Below, in pieces: positions 30,169-40,037 of a DNA stretch of 63,893 bases. The notes under the pieces are model-generated. The model was not told the DNA's origin. It ran no database searches and saw nothing but the letters and a program-made list of their open reading frames with translations. The DNA is from an uncultured Bacilli bacterium (lineage in GTDB: Bacteria; Bacillota_I; Bacilli_A; RF39; UBA660), in NCBI GenBank assembly GCA_934096405.1, contig CAKOLW010000005.1:1-63893 (forward strand). Direction: 5' to 3'. How positions within the stretch are numbered: the stretch's first letter is position 1; every line of letters begins with the position of its first letter. Both the position numbers and the translations under genes were made by a program.

Positions 30169-30672
30169 ATGTCTGTGAAGGAAATAGGAGAAATATTTAA
30201 AGATAAAAGAGAAGAAATAGGTTTATCTGAAGAAGAAGCTGCAAAAGATATGAATATTACTATTCCACAATTAGAAAACTTAGAAGATGGTAATGTAAAT
30301 GCTTTTAAAGATATATTTTTTTTGAAAGAATTAGTAAGAAAATATGCAATTTATTTAAATGTTGATGAAGAAGAAGTTATGGAGAATTTTAATGATTTTG
30401 TCTTTGACTTTACTTCTAGAATTCCAGTAGAAGAAATAGAACAAAAAGTAAAAGAAATAGAAAAAGAAAATGATAAAGAAACTAGAAAAAAAATTAGTTC
30501 ACCGTATACTAGAAAAAAAACTAGAAAAGCTAAAATGAAGCCTGTTTATTTTTTTACAATTATTACTATAATATTAGTTAGTGTAACTTTAATTATATTA
30601 AATTCATTATTGAGTAATAGAAGGACTTTATGCAATTTAAGGAGAGTAGATACTTATGAATTTACCAAATAA
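30169..30672 (+). CDS. RodZ-like HTH/TM protein
   Basis: N-terminal HTH, a charged linker and one TM. It sits directly upstream of pgsA, as B. subtilis ymfM(rodZ) does. The start could be the GTG at 30175. Confidence 0.6.
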   Translation: MSVKEIGEIFKDKREEIGLSEEEAAKDMNITIPQLENLEDGNVNAFKDIFFLKELVRKYAIYLNVDEEEVMENFNDFVFDFTSRIPVEEIEQKVKEIEKENDKETRKKISSPYTRKKTRKAKMKPVYFFTIITIILVSVTLIILNSLLSNRRTLCNLRRVDTYEFTK

Positions 30673-31243
30673 AATTACTGTATCAAGAATTATTTTATCA
30701 ATTTTAGTATTAGTGTTATTAATTTTTCCATTAGAAAAAATAGGAATTAATATGTCTACTGTTGTTATTGCTGGAAAGGTACAAGTTGATTTGAAATATT
30801 TTATATGTGGTTTTTTATTTTTAATTGCAAGTGTTACTGATTTTATTGATGGTCATATTGCTAGAAAATATAATATGGTTACTGACTTAGGTAAAGTTAT
30901 GGATGCGATTGCTGATAAGATATTAGTTAATGGGGTATTAATTATTTTAGCTAGTCAAGGATTTATTAATGTTATTATTCCAGTTATAGTTATTAGCAGA
31001 GATACTATTGTTGATTGTATTAAAATGGTTGCTGGCAATAAAAAAGGTGCTGTAGGAGCAAGTATTGCTGGTAAAATTAAAACTATATGTATGATGACTG
31101 GTGTTACATTGATGTTATTTTATAATTTACCATTTGAATTAATTGGATTTAGATTGGCTGATATTTTGATTATGTTAGCAACTGTTTTATCTGTAATAAG
31201 TGGTGTACAATATTATTTAAATTATAAGGATTGTTTAATATAA
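30656..31243 (+). CDS. pgsA: CDP-diacylglycerol--glycerol-3-phosphate 3-phosphatidyltransferase
   Basis: CDP-alcohol phosphotransferase motif DFIDGHIARK...G..MDAIADK. Confidence 0.9.
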   Translation: MNLPNKITVSRIILSILVLVLLIFPLEKIGINMSTVVIAGKVQVDLKYFICGFLFLIASVTDFIDGHIARKYNMVTDLGKVMDAIADKILVNGVLIILASQGFINVIIPVIVISRDTIVDCIKMVAGNKKGAVGASIAGKIKTICMMTGVTLMLFYNLPFELIGFRLADILIMLATVLSVISGVQYYLNYKDCLI

Positions 31244-31262
31244 GGCGTTAAGCCTTTTTTTC
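31242..31262 (+). terminator. Rho-independent terminator after pgsA
   Basis: aaggc-gttaa-gcctt followed by a T run. Confidence 0.7.
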
Positions 31263-31376
31263 TTTTGTTTAACTATTGACATAACTTAAATACTTTAATA
31301 AAATTGAGGTGCAAGCGTTGCTTGTAAGACTATAATAATAAATAAATGTTTTTGAATACATTTGTTCGAAAAATTG

Positions 31377-31405
31377 TTGACAAAATAAAAAAATAATTGT
31401 AAAAT
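31377..31405 (+). promoter_or_regulatory. Sigma-A-type promoter of recA
   Basis: TTGACA, 17 nt spacer, TAAAAT, about 25 nt upstream of the recA SD. Confidence 0.6.
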
Positions 31406-31428
31406 TATATTGTAAGTAGGAGGACAAA

Positions 31429-32469
31429 ATGATAAAGAATACAAAAACAGAGGAAAAAGATAAGGCATTGGCACAAGTATTACAAGATATTGAAAAACAA
31501 TTTGGTAAAGGTGCTATTATGAAATTAGGGGAAGATGGAGTTAAAGATATAGATGTTGTATCTTCAGGAAGTCTTGCACTTGATATTGCTTTGGGTGTAG
31601 GAGGTTATCCTAAAGGAAGAATAATTGAAATATATGGACCAGAGTCAAGTGGTAAAACAACATTCGCATTACATGCTATAGCTGAAGTTCAAAAAACTGG
31701 TGGAAGAGCTGCTTTTATTGATGCTGAACATGCTTTGGATCCGGTTTATGCTAAGAATTTAGGTGTTGATATTAATAATTTGTTATTAAGTCAACCTGAT
31801 ACTGGTGAGCAAGCATTAGAAATATGTGAAGCACTTGTTAGAAGTGAAGCAATGTCTATTATAGTAATAGATTCAGTGGCAGCATTAGTACCGCAAGCTG
31901 AAATTGAAGGAGAAATGGGAGACTCACACGTTGGATTACAAGCTAGACTTATGAGTCAAGCATTAAGAAAATTATCTGGGGCTATTAATAAAACTAATAC
32001 TATATGTATATTTATTAATCAATTAAGAGAAAAAGTTGGAGTTATGTTTGGTAATCCTGAAACTACTCCTGGTGGAAGAGCACTTAAGTTTTATTCATCT
32101 ATTAGACTTGATGTAAGACGTGCTGAACAAATTAAAGTTGGAACAGAAGTTATTGGTAATAAAACAGTAGTTAAAGTTGTTAAAAATAAGGTTGCTCCAC
32201 CATTTAAAACTGCTGAAGTTGAAATTATGTATGGACAAGGTGTAAGTCATGAAGGAGAACTTGTTGATATTGCAAGTAATTTAGATATTATTGAAAAGAG
32301 TGGAGCTTGGTATTCTTATAAAGGAGAAAAAATAGGACAAGGTAAAGAAAATGTAAAAGCAATGTTAAAAGAAAATAAAGTATTGTTAGACGAGATAGAA
32401 GAAAAAGTTAGACAACATTATTCATTCAAGTCTTCTGATAAAAAAGAGAAGAAGGAAGAAAGCAAATAA
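31429..32469 (+). CDS. recA: Recombinase RecA
   Basis: GPESSGKTT Walker [11 protein letters not shown] and the rest of the highly conserved RecA core. Confidence 0.98.
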   Translation: MIKNTKTEEKDKALAQVLQDIEKQFGKGAIMKLGEDGVKDIDVVSSGSLALDIALGVGGYPKGRIIEIYGPESSGKTTFALHAIAEVQKTGGRAAFIDAEHALDPVYAKNLGVDINNLLLSQPDTGEQALEICEALVRSEAMSIIVIDSVAALVPQAEIEGEMGDSHVGLQARLMSQALRKLSGAINKTNTICIFINQLREKVGVMFGNPETTPGGRALKFYSSIRLDVRRAEQIKVGTEVIGNKTVVKVVKNKVAPPFKTAEVEIMYGQGVSHEGELVDIASNLDIIEKSGAWYSYKGEKIGQGKENVKAMLKENKVLLDEIEEKVRQHYSFKSSDKKEKKEESK

Positions 32470-32470
32470 A

Positions 32471-32508
32471 AAAGAACAGGTATGACTATAAGTCTTTACC
32501 TGTTCTTT
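32471..32508. terminator. Bidirectional terminator between convergent recA and the kinase-like gene
   Basis: 12-bp stem aaagaacaggta/tacctgttcttt flanked by an A run and a T run. It overlaps the 3' end of the minus-strand ORF. Confidence 0.75.
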
Positions 32509-33379
32509 GCTTATAAACTAAATGATGGGCTTGATATGCATTTTTAATTGGTATGTTATCTAAGTATGGTAGTATAGTTTCATTGTCTCCATTACAATAA
32601 ATTTTTTCGATTGTATTTAATAAATCTTTAGGAAAACCTAAATCTTCTAGGTAGTTTATGTAGTTATAAAATTGTTCTATGGTAAGCATGTACATCTTTG
32701 TCTTTGAAATAGTATTTAAAAACATTATTATATAACAGTACAAATCAGTGTTTCTTGATGGAATCTGATAGCCATTCTCATCTTCTTTATATTTCATTGG
32801 AAATTCAGATATAATTGGATTTAAAAATAAATATTTTGATGGAAAATATATTTCATTAGTTAAACATGCACTGTCTAAATCACAAACTCTTAAATTTCCT
32901 TTACCATCTATAATAAAATTTGCTTCATGCATATCTCCTAAATAAAAATGATAAGGAAAATCTTTTATACTTTTCAATTTTTCTAGTATAATTCCAACAT
33001 CTGTTAGATAATTTATTTTATCTTCTAAAGTGTTTTTACTATCTTTTAAAAATGTGCTTAAGTTTGTTGACTTTTCTATGAATGGCATTATTGGACCTAA
33101 AGCATTTCCAGCAAATACTCCTAGACCATCAAGTGTGATTAATTCAGGTACTTGTCCATTTAAAATATCTCTATATTGTAATAGAATATTGATATTGTAA
33201 AGTTTTTTGCTAAAAGAAATATCTTCATTATTGTAGTAAACTTTAAATAATTTTCTTTCTTTTTTACTTCTTTCACTTCCAATTAGATATAACTTTGCTT
33301 CTGTATTTGGTATTTCTTTTCCTGGATTATATTGTTTAAGTTTATTATACTGAGAATTAGTTAGTGACATGATTTTCAT
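32486..33379 (-). CDS. Protein-kinase-like phosphotransferase (APH/CotS-like fold)
   Basis: Catalytic-loop-like GDMHEANFIIDGKGNLRVCDLDS (H.D....N ... D.D). Confidence 0.6.
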   Translation of the reverse strand: MKIMSLTNSQYNKLKQYNPGKEIPNTEAKLYLIGSERSKKERKLFKVYYNNEDISFSKKLYNINILLQYRDILNGQVPELITLDGLGVFAGNALGPIMPFIEKSTNLSTFLKDSKNTLEDKINYLTDVGIILEKLKSIKDFPYHFYLGDMHEANFIIDGKGNLRVCDLDSACLTNEIYFPSKYLFLNPIISEFPMKYKEDENGYQIPSRNTDLYCYIIMFLNTISKTKMYMLTIEQFYNYINYLEDLGFPKDLLNTIEKIYCNGDNETILPYLDNIPIKNAYQAHHLVYKQRTGKDL

Positions 33380-33436
33380 AAATGATTTCCCCCTTAGATA
33401 GTTAAATCATACCATATAAAGTACAAAAAGTCAAAC

Positions 33437-34075
33437 TTACTCAAAATAATAAAGTAATTTAATTCTTCTACCTTTAGTTTCTATTAAGCCTTCAACTTTC
33501 ATATTGCTTAGTTCTCTTGTCATTGCAGATCTGTTAACAGCTAAATAATCGGCAAGGTCTGTATAACTAAATGGTAAATAAATTATTCTAGAACCATTTT
33601 TTCTACTAACCATGTTAAAGTATGCAAGTAGTTTATCTCTTGTACTTTTATTAGTTAGGACTTCTATTCTGTCATTGTTTTTAGATATTTTTTCAAATAG
33701 TATTTTATTTAAATTTTTTAAAAATTGTGTATAATATGATAATCTATTTTCATCAAAATTTATTATGTTATCAAAATCAAAAATAAGTAAAGAAACATCT
33801 TCTGTTGTACGTATTTCGTATTCATTATTTGTTATTGCTGAATAGGTTGTACCAAATACACTCCCTTCATCTAATTTTTCAATTATTGTACGTGAACCAT
33901 TGCTGTCAATCCTAGTAATTATAAGGCTTCCGGCGGTTATTACACAAATAATATTATCTCTTTTAAAACTATCTAATATGGTCATATTTTTCTTGTAGTT
34001 TATAGTGTACGTTTCTAAATATGATAAAAGTTTTTCTTTGTTTTTACCTGTAATTCCATTAAATAAATTTTCCAT
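33437..34075 (-). CDS. Crp/Fnr-family transcriptional regulator
   Basis: cNMP-binding-like N-domain and C-terminal HTH (YTDLADYLAVNRSAMTRELSNMKVEGLI). Start trimmed to MENLFNG (34075) because the longer ORF overlaps nrdD. Confidence 0.8.
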   Translation of the reverse strand: MENLFNGITGKNKEKLLSYLETYTINYKKNMTILDSFKRDNIICVITAGSLIITRIDSNGSRTIIEKLDEGSVFGTTYSAITNNEYEIRTTEDVSLLIFDFDNIINFDENRLSYYTQFLKNLNKILFEKISKNNDRIEVLTNKSTRDKLLAYFNMVSRKNGSRIIYLPFSYTDLADYLAVNRSAMTRELSNMKVEGLIETKGRRIKLLYYFE

Positions 34076-34116
34076 CTTTACACCTCTAAGTATAATTTTA
34101 TCAAATAATGTAAAAA

Positions 34117-34130
34117 GTTGCAATTGCAAC
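34117..34130. promoter_or_regulatory. Perfect 14-bp palindrome GTTGCAATTGCAAC (candidate Crp/Fnr-type site) upstream of nrdD
   Basis: 5-N4-5 dyad like an FNR box. It lies in the divergent intergenic region, just upstream of a TATAAT at 34153..34158. Confidence 0.45.
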
Positions 34131-34186
34131 ATTGAATATAAAATATATCGTGTATAATGAGATTTAGAAAAGGTAGGAGGAGTTAC

Positions 34187-36340
34187 ATGAAAGTAATAAA
34201 AAGAGATGGACATATGGTTGACTGGTGTCCTGAAAAAGTTGAAAATGCAATTATGAAAGCCAACAGCGAGGTGGAAGAAGAAGATCAAGCATCATCTACC
34301 CAAATAAAAAATATTATTAAACATATAGAAAAATTAGGAAAGAAAAGAATTTTAGTTGAAGATATACAAGATATCATTGAAATGAAATTGATGTCTATTG
34401 GTAAGTATGAACTAGCAAAAAAATATATTACGTATAGATATACAAGAGAGTTGGTAAGAAGAAGTAATACAACTGACTTGGCTATTAAAGAATTAATTGA
34501 TGGTGAAAGTGAATACTGGAATACTGAAAATTCAAATAAGAATGCTAAAGTAGTTACTACTCAAAGAGATTACCTAGCAGGTATTACGAGTACTGATATT
34601 ACAAAGAGATTTTTATTAAGCGAAGATATAGTACAAGCACATGAAGATGGAATTATACATTTCCATGATGCTGATTATTTTGCACAAAATGCTTTACATA
34701 ACTGTGATTTAATTAATCTGGAAGATATGTTACAAAATGGTACTAATATTAATGGAGTAATGATAGAAAAACCACATAAATTTTTAACAGCAATGACTAT
34801 TGCAACACAAATTATAACAGCTGTAACATCTAGTCAATATGGTGGAGCAACTATTACACTTACTCATTTAGCACCTTTTGTTAGAGATAGTTACAAAAGA
34901 TACTTAGATAAATATAAAAAACGTAAATTTAGTAAAGAAGATTGTGAAAAATATGCTAAGGAAGATTTAAAGAAAGAAATAACTGATGGAGTACAAACAT
35001 TCCAATATCAAATAAATTCAATGACTACTACAAATGGTCAAGCACCTTTCTTAAGTGTATGCATGTATTTAGGAGAAACTAAAGAATATAAAGATGAACT
35101 TGCAATGATTATTGAAGAAGTACTACATCAAAGAATATTAGGTATGAAGAATGAAAAGGGTGTATATATTACACCAGCATTTCCTAAACTTCTTTATGTA
35201 CTAGAAGAAGACAATATTAATCCTAAAGGAAAATATTATTATTTAACTAAATTGGCTGCTGAATGTACTGCTAAGAGAATGGTACCGGATTATATTTCTG
35301 AAAAGATTATGAAAGAATATAAGATAGATGCTAATGGTAATGGAAATTGTTATCCTTGTATGGGATGTAGAAGTTTCTTAACACCTTATGTTGATGAAAA
35401 TGGTAAACCTAAATATTATGGTAGATTTAACCAAGGAGTTGTTACTATTAATTTACCTGATGTAGCTTTATCAAGTGAAAAAGATATGGATACATTTTGG
35501 CAAATATTTGATGAAAGACTAGAACTTTGTCATAAGGCTTTACAAGCAAGACATAAAAGATTATCAAAAGCAACTAGTGATGTAGCACCAATTTTATGGC
35601 AATATGGAGCATTAGCTAGACTTCCTAAAGGTGCTAGTATACATGACTTATTACATAATGGTTATTCTACAATTAGTTTAGGTTATGCTGGACTTTATGA
35701 ATGTGTTAAATATATGACAGGACATTCTCATACTGATAATGGTAAAGGAAAAGAATTTGGACTTCAAGTTATGCAAAGAATGAATGATAAATGTAAAGAG
35801 TGGAAAGAAGCAGAAAAGATAGATTATAGTGTTTATGGTACACCTATTGAATCTGTTACTTATAAATTTGCTAAATCATTAAGAGAAAGATTTGGAGTAG
35901 TTAAAGGCATTACTGATAGAGATTATATTACTAATAGTTATCATGTACCTGTATTTGAAGAAATTGATGCATTTACTAAATTAAAATTAGAAAGTGAATT
36001 TCAAAAATTAAGTCCAGGTGGTGCAGTAAGTTATATTGAAACACCAAATTTAACTAATAACTTGGATGTTGTTATGGAAGTAATTAAATTTATGTATGAA
36101 AATATAATGTATGCAGAAATGAATACTAAGAGTGACTATTGTCAAAATTGTGGATACACTGGTGAAATCTTATTAGATGATAATTTGGAATGGTATTGTC
36201 CTGAATGTGGTAATAGAGATCATGATAAATTAAATGTAGCTAGAAGAACTTGTGGATATATTGGAACTAATTTCTGGAATAAGGGAAGAACACAAGAAAT
36301 TAAAGAAAGAGTAATACATATAGATAATAAGGATGCATAA
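34187..36340 (+). CDS. nrdD: Anaerobic ribonucleoside-triphosphate reductase (class III)
   Basis: ATP-cone N-terminus (VIKRDG), C-terminal zinc ribbon CQNCGY..CPECGN and glycyl-radical motif RRTCGYIG. SD aggaggag before the ATG at 34187. Confidence 0.95.
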   Translation: MKVIKRDGHMVDWCPEKVENAIMKANSEVEEEDQASSTQIKNIIKHIEKLGKKRILVEDIQDIIEMKLMSIGKYELAKKYITYRYTRELVRRSNTTDLAIKELIDGESEYWNTENSNKNAKVVTTQRDYLAGITSTDITKRFLLSEDIVQAHEDGIIHFHDADYFAQNALHNCDLINLEDMLQNGTNINGVMIEKPHKFLTAMTIATQIITAVTSSQYGGATITLTHLAPFVRDSYKRYLDKYKKRKFSKEDCEKYAKEDLKKEITDGVQTFQYQINSMTTTNGQAPFLSVCMYLGETKEYKDELAMIIEEVLHQRILGMKNEKGVYITPAFPKLLYVLEEDNINPKGKYYYLTKLAAECTAKRMVPDYISEKIMKEYKIDANGNGNCYPCMGCRSFLTPYVDENGKPKYYGRFNQGVVTINLPDVALSSEKDMDTFWQIFDERLELCHKALQARHKRLSKATSDVAPILWQYGALARLPKGASIHDLLHNGYSTISLGYAGLYECVKYMTGHSHTDNGKGKEFGLQVMQRMNDKCKEWKEAEKIDYSVYGTPIESVTYKFAKSLRERFGVVKGITDRDYITNSYHVPVFEEIDAFTKLKLESEFQKLSPGGAVSYIETPNLTNNLDVVMEVIKFMYENIMYAEMNTKSDYCQNCGYTGEILLDDNLEWYCPECGNRDHDKLNVARRTCGYIGTNFWNKGRTQEIKERVIHIDNKDA

Positions 36341-36342
36341 TT

Positions 36343-36852
36343 ATGAGATACAATAGAATTAGAAAGATGGATATATCAAATGGCCCTGGTATCAGGGTCA
36401 GTATATTCATGCAGGGGTGTGCTTTTCACTGCGAAAATTGTTTTAATAAGGAAACATGGGATTTTGATGCAGGAGAAGAGTTTACAGATGAAACAATAGA
36501 AAAAGTGTTGAAATTATGTGAAAGTGAGCATATTGTAGGATTATCGATATTAGGAGGAGAACCAATGCACCCTAATAATATTGAAGGTACTACAAAGCTA
36601 GCTAAAGCTTTTAAAGAAAGATATCCTAATAAAAGTTTATGGGCTTGGAGTGGATTCTTATTTGATAAACATTTAAAAAATAAAGAAGTTATGAAATATT
36701 TAGATGTTTTAGTTGATGGACAATATGTGGATAGTTTACATGATTTTACTCTTGAATGGAGAGGTTCAAGTAATCAAAGAGTAATTGATGTTCAAAAATC
36801 GTTAAAAAGTAATGAAGTAATTTTATATGAAAGTAAGGAGTATAGTAGATGA
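36343..36852 (+). CDS. nrdG: Anaerobic RNR activating protein (radical SAM)
   Basis: GPGIRVSIFMQGCAFHCENCFN cluster motif. Confidence 0.9.
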   Translation: MRYNRIRKMDISNGPGIRVSIFMQGCAFHCENCFNKETWDFDAGEEFTDETIEKVLKLCESEHIVGLSILGGEPMHPNNIEGTTKLAKAFKERYPNKSLWAWSGFLFDKHLKNKEVMKYLDVLVDGQYVDSLHDFTLEWRGSSNQRVIDVQKSLKSNEVILYESKEYSR

Positions 36853-37307
36853 GATTAAGGGGCTTTGAAGTAGCAAAAGGATTTGAAGATAAAGGGGTTA
36901 ATATGCCTGTTAGAAAAACTAAATATTCAGCAGGTTATGATGTTGAAGCGATAGAAGATGTTGTAATACCAGCATTTAAACCTGGAATGAAACCAACTTT
37001 AGTCAAGACAGGTCTTAAGGCATATTGCCAAAATGATGAATATATTAAATTAGTTAATAGATCAAGTAATCCAGGAAAGAAAGGTTTAGTTTTAGCAAAT
37101 TCTATAGGAATTATAGATGCTGATTATTATAATAATCCTGATAATGATGGACATTTTATGTATGCTTATTATAACTTTTTTGATCATGATGTTGAAATTA
37201 AAAAAGGAGATGTAGTAGGTCAAGCAATATTCCAAAAATATTTAATAACAGATGATGATGAGGCAACTGGTGAAAGAGTTGGAGGATTTGGTTCAACTAG
37301 TAAGTAA
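36849..37307 (+). CDS. dut: dUTP diphosphatase
   Basis: SAGYDV, GIIDADYY and C-terminal GGFGSTS motifs of trimeric dUTPases. Confidence 0.85.
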   Translation: MRLRGFEVAKGFEDKGVNMPVRKTKYSAGYDVEAIEDVVIPAFKPGMKPTLVKTGLKAYCQNDEYIKLVNRSSNPGKKGLVLANSIGIIDADYYNNPDNDGHFMYAYYNFFDHDVEIKKGDVVGQAIFQKYLITDDDEATGERVGGFGSTSK

Positions 37308-37341
37308 TTTAGAAGTAGAAATACTTCTTTTACTTTACAAT

Positions 37342-37363
37342 AATTGTATCACGTGATACAATT
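37342..37363. promoter_or_regulatory. Perfect 22-bp palindrome, candidate TetR operator
   Basis: AATTGTATCAC|GTGATACAATT, located 16 nt upstream of the TetR start codon. Confidence 0.6.
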
Positions 37364-37378
37364 TTATTAGGAGGCTTT

Positions 37379-37933
37379 ATGAGTGTTAAGATTACTAAGG
37401 AAAAAATATTAGATATAGCTTTTGAAATAGTTAGAACTAATGGTATAGAAAATCTAAGTAATAGGACTATTGCTAAAAAATTAAATTCATCTATTAGACC
37501 TATTTATTATCAGTTTAAAAATACTGATGAGTTAAAGAAAGAATTATATAATAAAATTAAGAAATATTTCTTTACTTATATATTTGATAAGAGTGTGGAA
37601 GATTCTTATAAACAAGTGGGTATTAATTATATAAGATTTGCTAAAGAAGAGAGTAATTTGTTTAAATCTTTGTTTTTTAATAACTATATACCAAGTGATT
37701 TTTTACTAGAAAGTGATGATGAATTTAAAGAGATATCTAATTTAATTAGAATGAAGAGTAATGTTAAAAATATTATGGATTTTCATGTAGAAATGTGGAT
37801 TTTTACTCATGGACTTGCTACATTGGTTGCATGTAATAATATGTATTTTAGTGATGAAGATGTAAGTAATTTGTTAACAATGGAATTTAAGGCTTTAAGT
37901 TGTTTAAATAAGAAAGAAGGTAATGATAAATGA
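37379..37933 (+). CDS. TetR/AcrR-family transcriptional regulator
   Basis: N-terminal HTH (ILDIAFEIVRTNGIENLSNRTIAKKLNSS). First gene of an ABC operon. Confidence 0.8.
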   Translation: MSVKITKEKILDIAFEIVRTNGIENLSNRTIAKKLNSSIRPIYYQFKNTDELKKELYNKIKKYFFTYIFDKSVEDSYKQVGINYIRFAKEESNLFKSLFFNNYIPSDFLLESDDEFKEISNLIRMKSNVKNIMDFHVEMWIFTHGLATLVACNNMYFSDEDVSNLLTMEFKALSCLNKKEGNDK

Positions 37934-38865
37934 ATGTAATAGAAGTTAAAGATTTAACTAAGTCATATAAAAATTTAGTTGCAGTTGATAATTTGTCTTT
38001 TGAAGTAAAAGAAGGAGAGATTTTAGGATTATTGGGTCCAAATGGAAGTGGTAAGTCTACTACTATTAATGCGATTTTATCTTTATTAAAGTGTGATAAA
38101 GGTATTGTTAAAATATTTGGTAAGAAGATGACTCCAGATGCTTATGATATTAAAAGTAAGATAGGTGTTATATTTCAGGAAGTTGCTGTTTTTGAAGAAT
38201 TAACTGTATATGAAAATTTAGATTATTTTTGTGGTTTATATATTAAAGATAAAACTATTAGAGAAAGATATATTGAAGATGCAATTAAATTGGTTAGTTT
38301 AGAGAATTATAAAAAGTTTTATCCTAAACAATTATCTGGTGGATTAAAAAGAAGACTTAATATAGCGTGTGGTATTGTACATAAACCTAAACTTATTATA
38401 TTGGATGAACCAACAGTTGCAGTCGATCCACAAAGTAGAAATAGTATATTAAATGGAATAGAAAAACTTAGAGAAGAAGGTGCTAGTATACTTTATACTA
38501 CTCATTATATGGAAGAAGTGGAAATACTTTGTGATAGAATTATAATACTTGATAAAGGTAAAATAATAGCTGAAGGTACTAGTGATGAGTTAAAGAAAAT
38601 GACTAATATAGAAGAGAAGATTACAGTTGAAGTTAATAATTTAGATAGTAAAATACTAGAAGATATAGAGAAATTTAATACTGTTGATGAAGTAAATTAT
38701 ACAAATAATATTTTATTAATTAAGTATAAAAAAGGCAAAAATAATCTTGGAAATTTAATAGATTATTTGAAGGATAATAAAGTTAAATATAATAAAATAT
38801 TTTCTGAAAGACCTACATTAAATGATGTGTTCTTGGAACTAACCGGAAAGGAATTAAGAGACTAA
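37930..38865 (+). CDS. ABC transporter ATP-binding protein
   Basis: GPNGSGKST, LSGGLKRR, LIILDEPT. Confidence 0.9.
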   Translation: MNVIEVKDLTKSYKNLVAVDNLSFEVKEGEILGLLGPNGSGKSTTINAILSLLKCDKGIVKIFGKKMTPDAYDIKSKIGVIFQEVAVFEELTVYENLDYFCGLYIKDKTIRERYIEDAIKLVSLENYKKFYPKQLSGGLKRRLNIACGIVHKPKLIILDEPTVAVDPQSRNSILNGIEKLREEGASILYTTHYMEEVEILCDRIIILDKGKIIAEGTSDELKKMTNIEEKITVEVNNLDSKILEDIEKFNTVDEVNYTNNILLIKYKKGKNNLGNLIDYLKDNKVKYNKIFSERPTLNDVFLELTGKELRD

Positions 38866-40037
38866 TGTTTTTACATAATTTTAAGTATGCTTTAAAGATA
38901 ATATTTAGAAATAAGAGTTTAATATTTTGGACTTTTGCCTTTCCAATAATATTAGGTACTTTCTTTAAATTGGCATTTAATAATATAGAAAAAGGAGAAA
39001 CTCTTAGTACTATTGATATTGCAATTATAGATAATCAAGAATTTAATGATAATCAGTTTTATAAAGAAGCATTTAATCAGTTGAGTACAGGTGAAAATAA
39101 GATGTTTAATACTAAGTATACTACTTTAGAAAATGCTAAGAAGTTACTTAGTGATGAAGAAATAACTGGGTATTTAGTGTTATCTAATGATGTTATTAAT
39201 ATTACTGTTAATTCAAATGGAATAAATGAAACTATAATAAAGACTGTAGTAGATGAAATTAACACTAATAAAAATATGTATGAAACATTAATTAATAAAG
39301 AGATAGAAGAAGAATTTAAAAGTGGTAATACTAATATAGATTATAAAGATATATATAATAAAGTTACTGATAAAATTATTAGTGATGTTAAATTAAATGA
39401 TATTTCTAATTCTAATTTAAGTTATACTATGATTGAATATTATACTTTAATTGCGCTTACTATACTTTATGGTGGTACAATATCACTTTATATGGTTAAT
39501 AAAACTTTACCTAATTTGAGTGAAGTTGGTAAAAGAGTTAATACTAGTTCATTAAAGAGAAGTACTATTTTATTTAGTAATTTGCTTGCTAGTTATGTTG
39601 TTCAATTAATTGGTTTATGTATATTATTTGTATATTGTATATTTGTAATTAAAGCGGATTTTGGTGATAATTTGCCATTAATAATTTTGCTTTCATTAAT
39701 AGGTGTTTTTGCAGGACTTTCTATGGGAGTATTTATTGGAGTTAATGTTAAGGCTAGTGAAGGAGCAAAGTCTGGTATACTAATAGGTATTACTATGTTA
39801 TTTAATACTTTAGCTGGTATGACTGGTGTAACCTTAAAATATGTTATAGATAAGAATATACCAATTATAAATAAAATTAATCCTGCGAATATGATTACTG
39901 ATGGATTTTATTCACTTTATTATTTAAATGGTATGAATAGATATTTCTTTAATATAATGAGTTTAATAATATTTTCTATAGTACTTTTAAGATTTTCTCT
40001 TAAGAAATTAAGGAGGCAACAATATGACAGTATTTAA
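38865..40037 (+). CDS. ABC-2 family permease
   Basis: N-terminal TM, extracytoplasmic loop and a C-terminal 5-TM bundle. Confidence 0.75.
   Translation: MFLHNFKYALKIIFRNKSLIFWTFAFPIILGTFFKLAFNNIEKGETLSTIDIAIIDNQEFNDNQFYKEAFNQLSTGENKMFNTKYTTLENAKKLLSDEEITGYLVLSNDVINITVNSNGINETIIKTVVDEINTNKNMYETLINKEIEEEFKSGNTNIDYKDIYNKVTDKIISDVKLNDISNSNLSYTMIEYYTLIALTILYGGTISLYMVNKTLPNLSEVGKRVNTSSLKRSTILFSNLLASYVVQLIGLCILFVYCIFVIKADFGDNLPLIILLSLIGVFAGLSMGVFIGVNVKASEGAKSGILIGITMLFNTLAGMTGVTLKYVIDKNIPIINKINPANMITDGFYSLYYLNGMNRYFFNIMSLIIFSIVLLRFSLKKLRRQQYDSI

Noticed and set aside
31350-31372. Possible LexA (Cheo) box upstream of recA (tgaatacatttgttcgaa).
   Set aside because: Only the right half (GTTCG) fits CGAAC-N4-GTTCG. 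The left half (AATAC) matches poorly, so this is too weak to call without a genome-wide motif.
34157-34288. The long versions of the nrdD ORF (start 34157) and the Crp/Fnr ORF (start 34288), which overlap each other on opposite strands.
   Set aside because: The internal starts (34187 with an aggaggag SD; 34075 giving MENLFNG) yield standard-length proteins and leave a normal divergent promoter region. The N-terminal extensions have no homology-like features.
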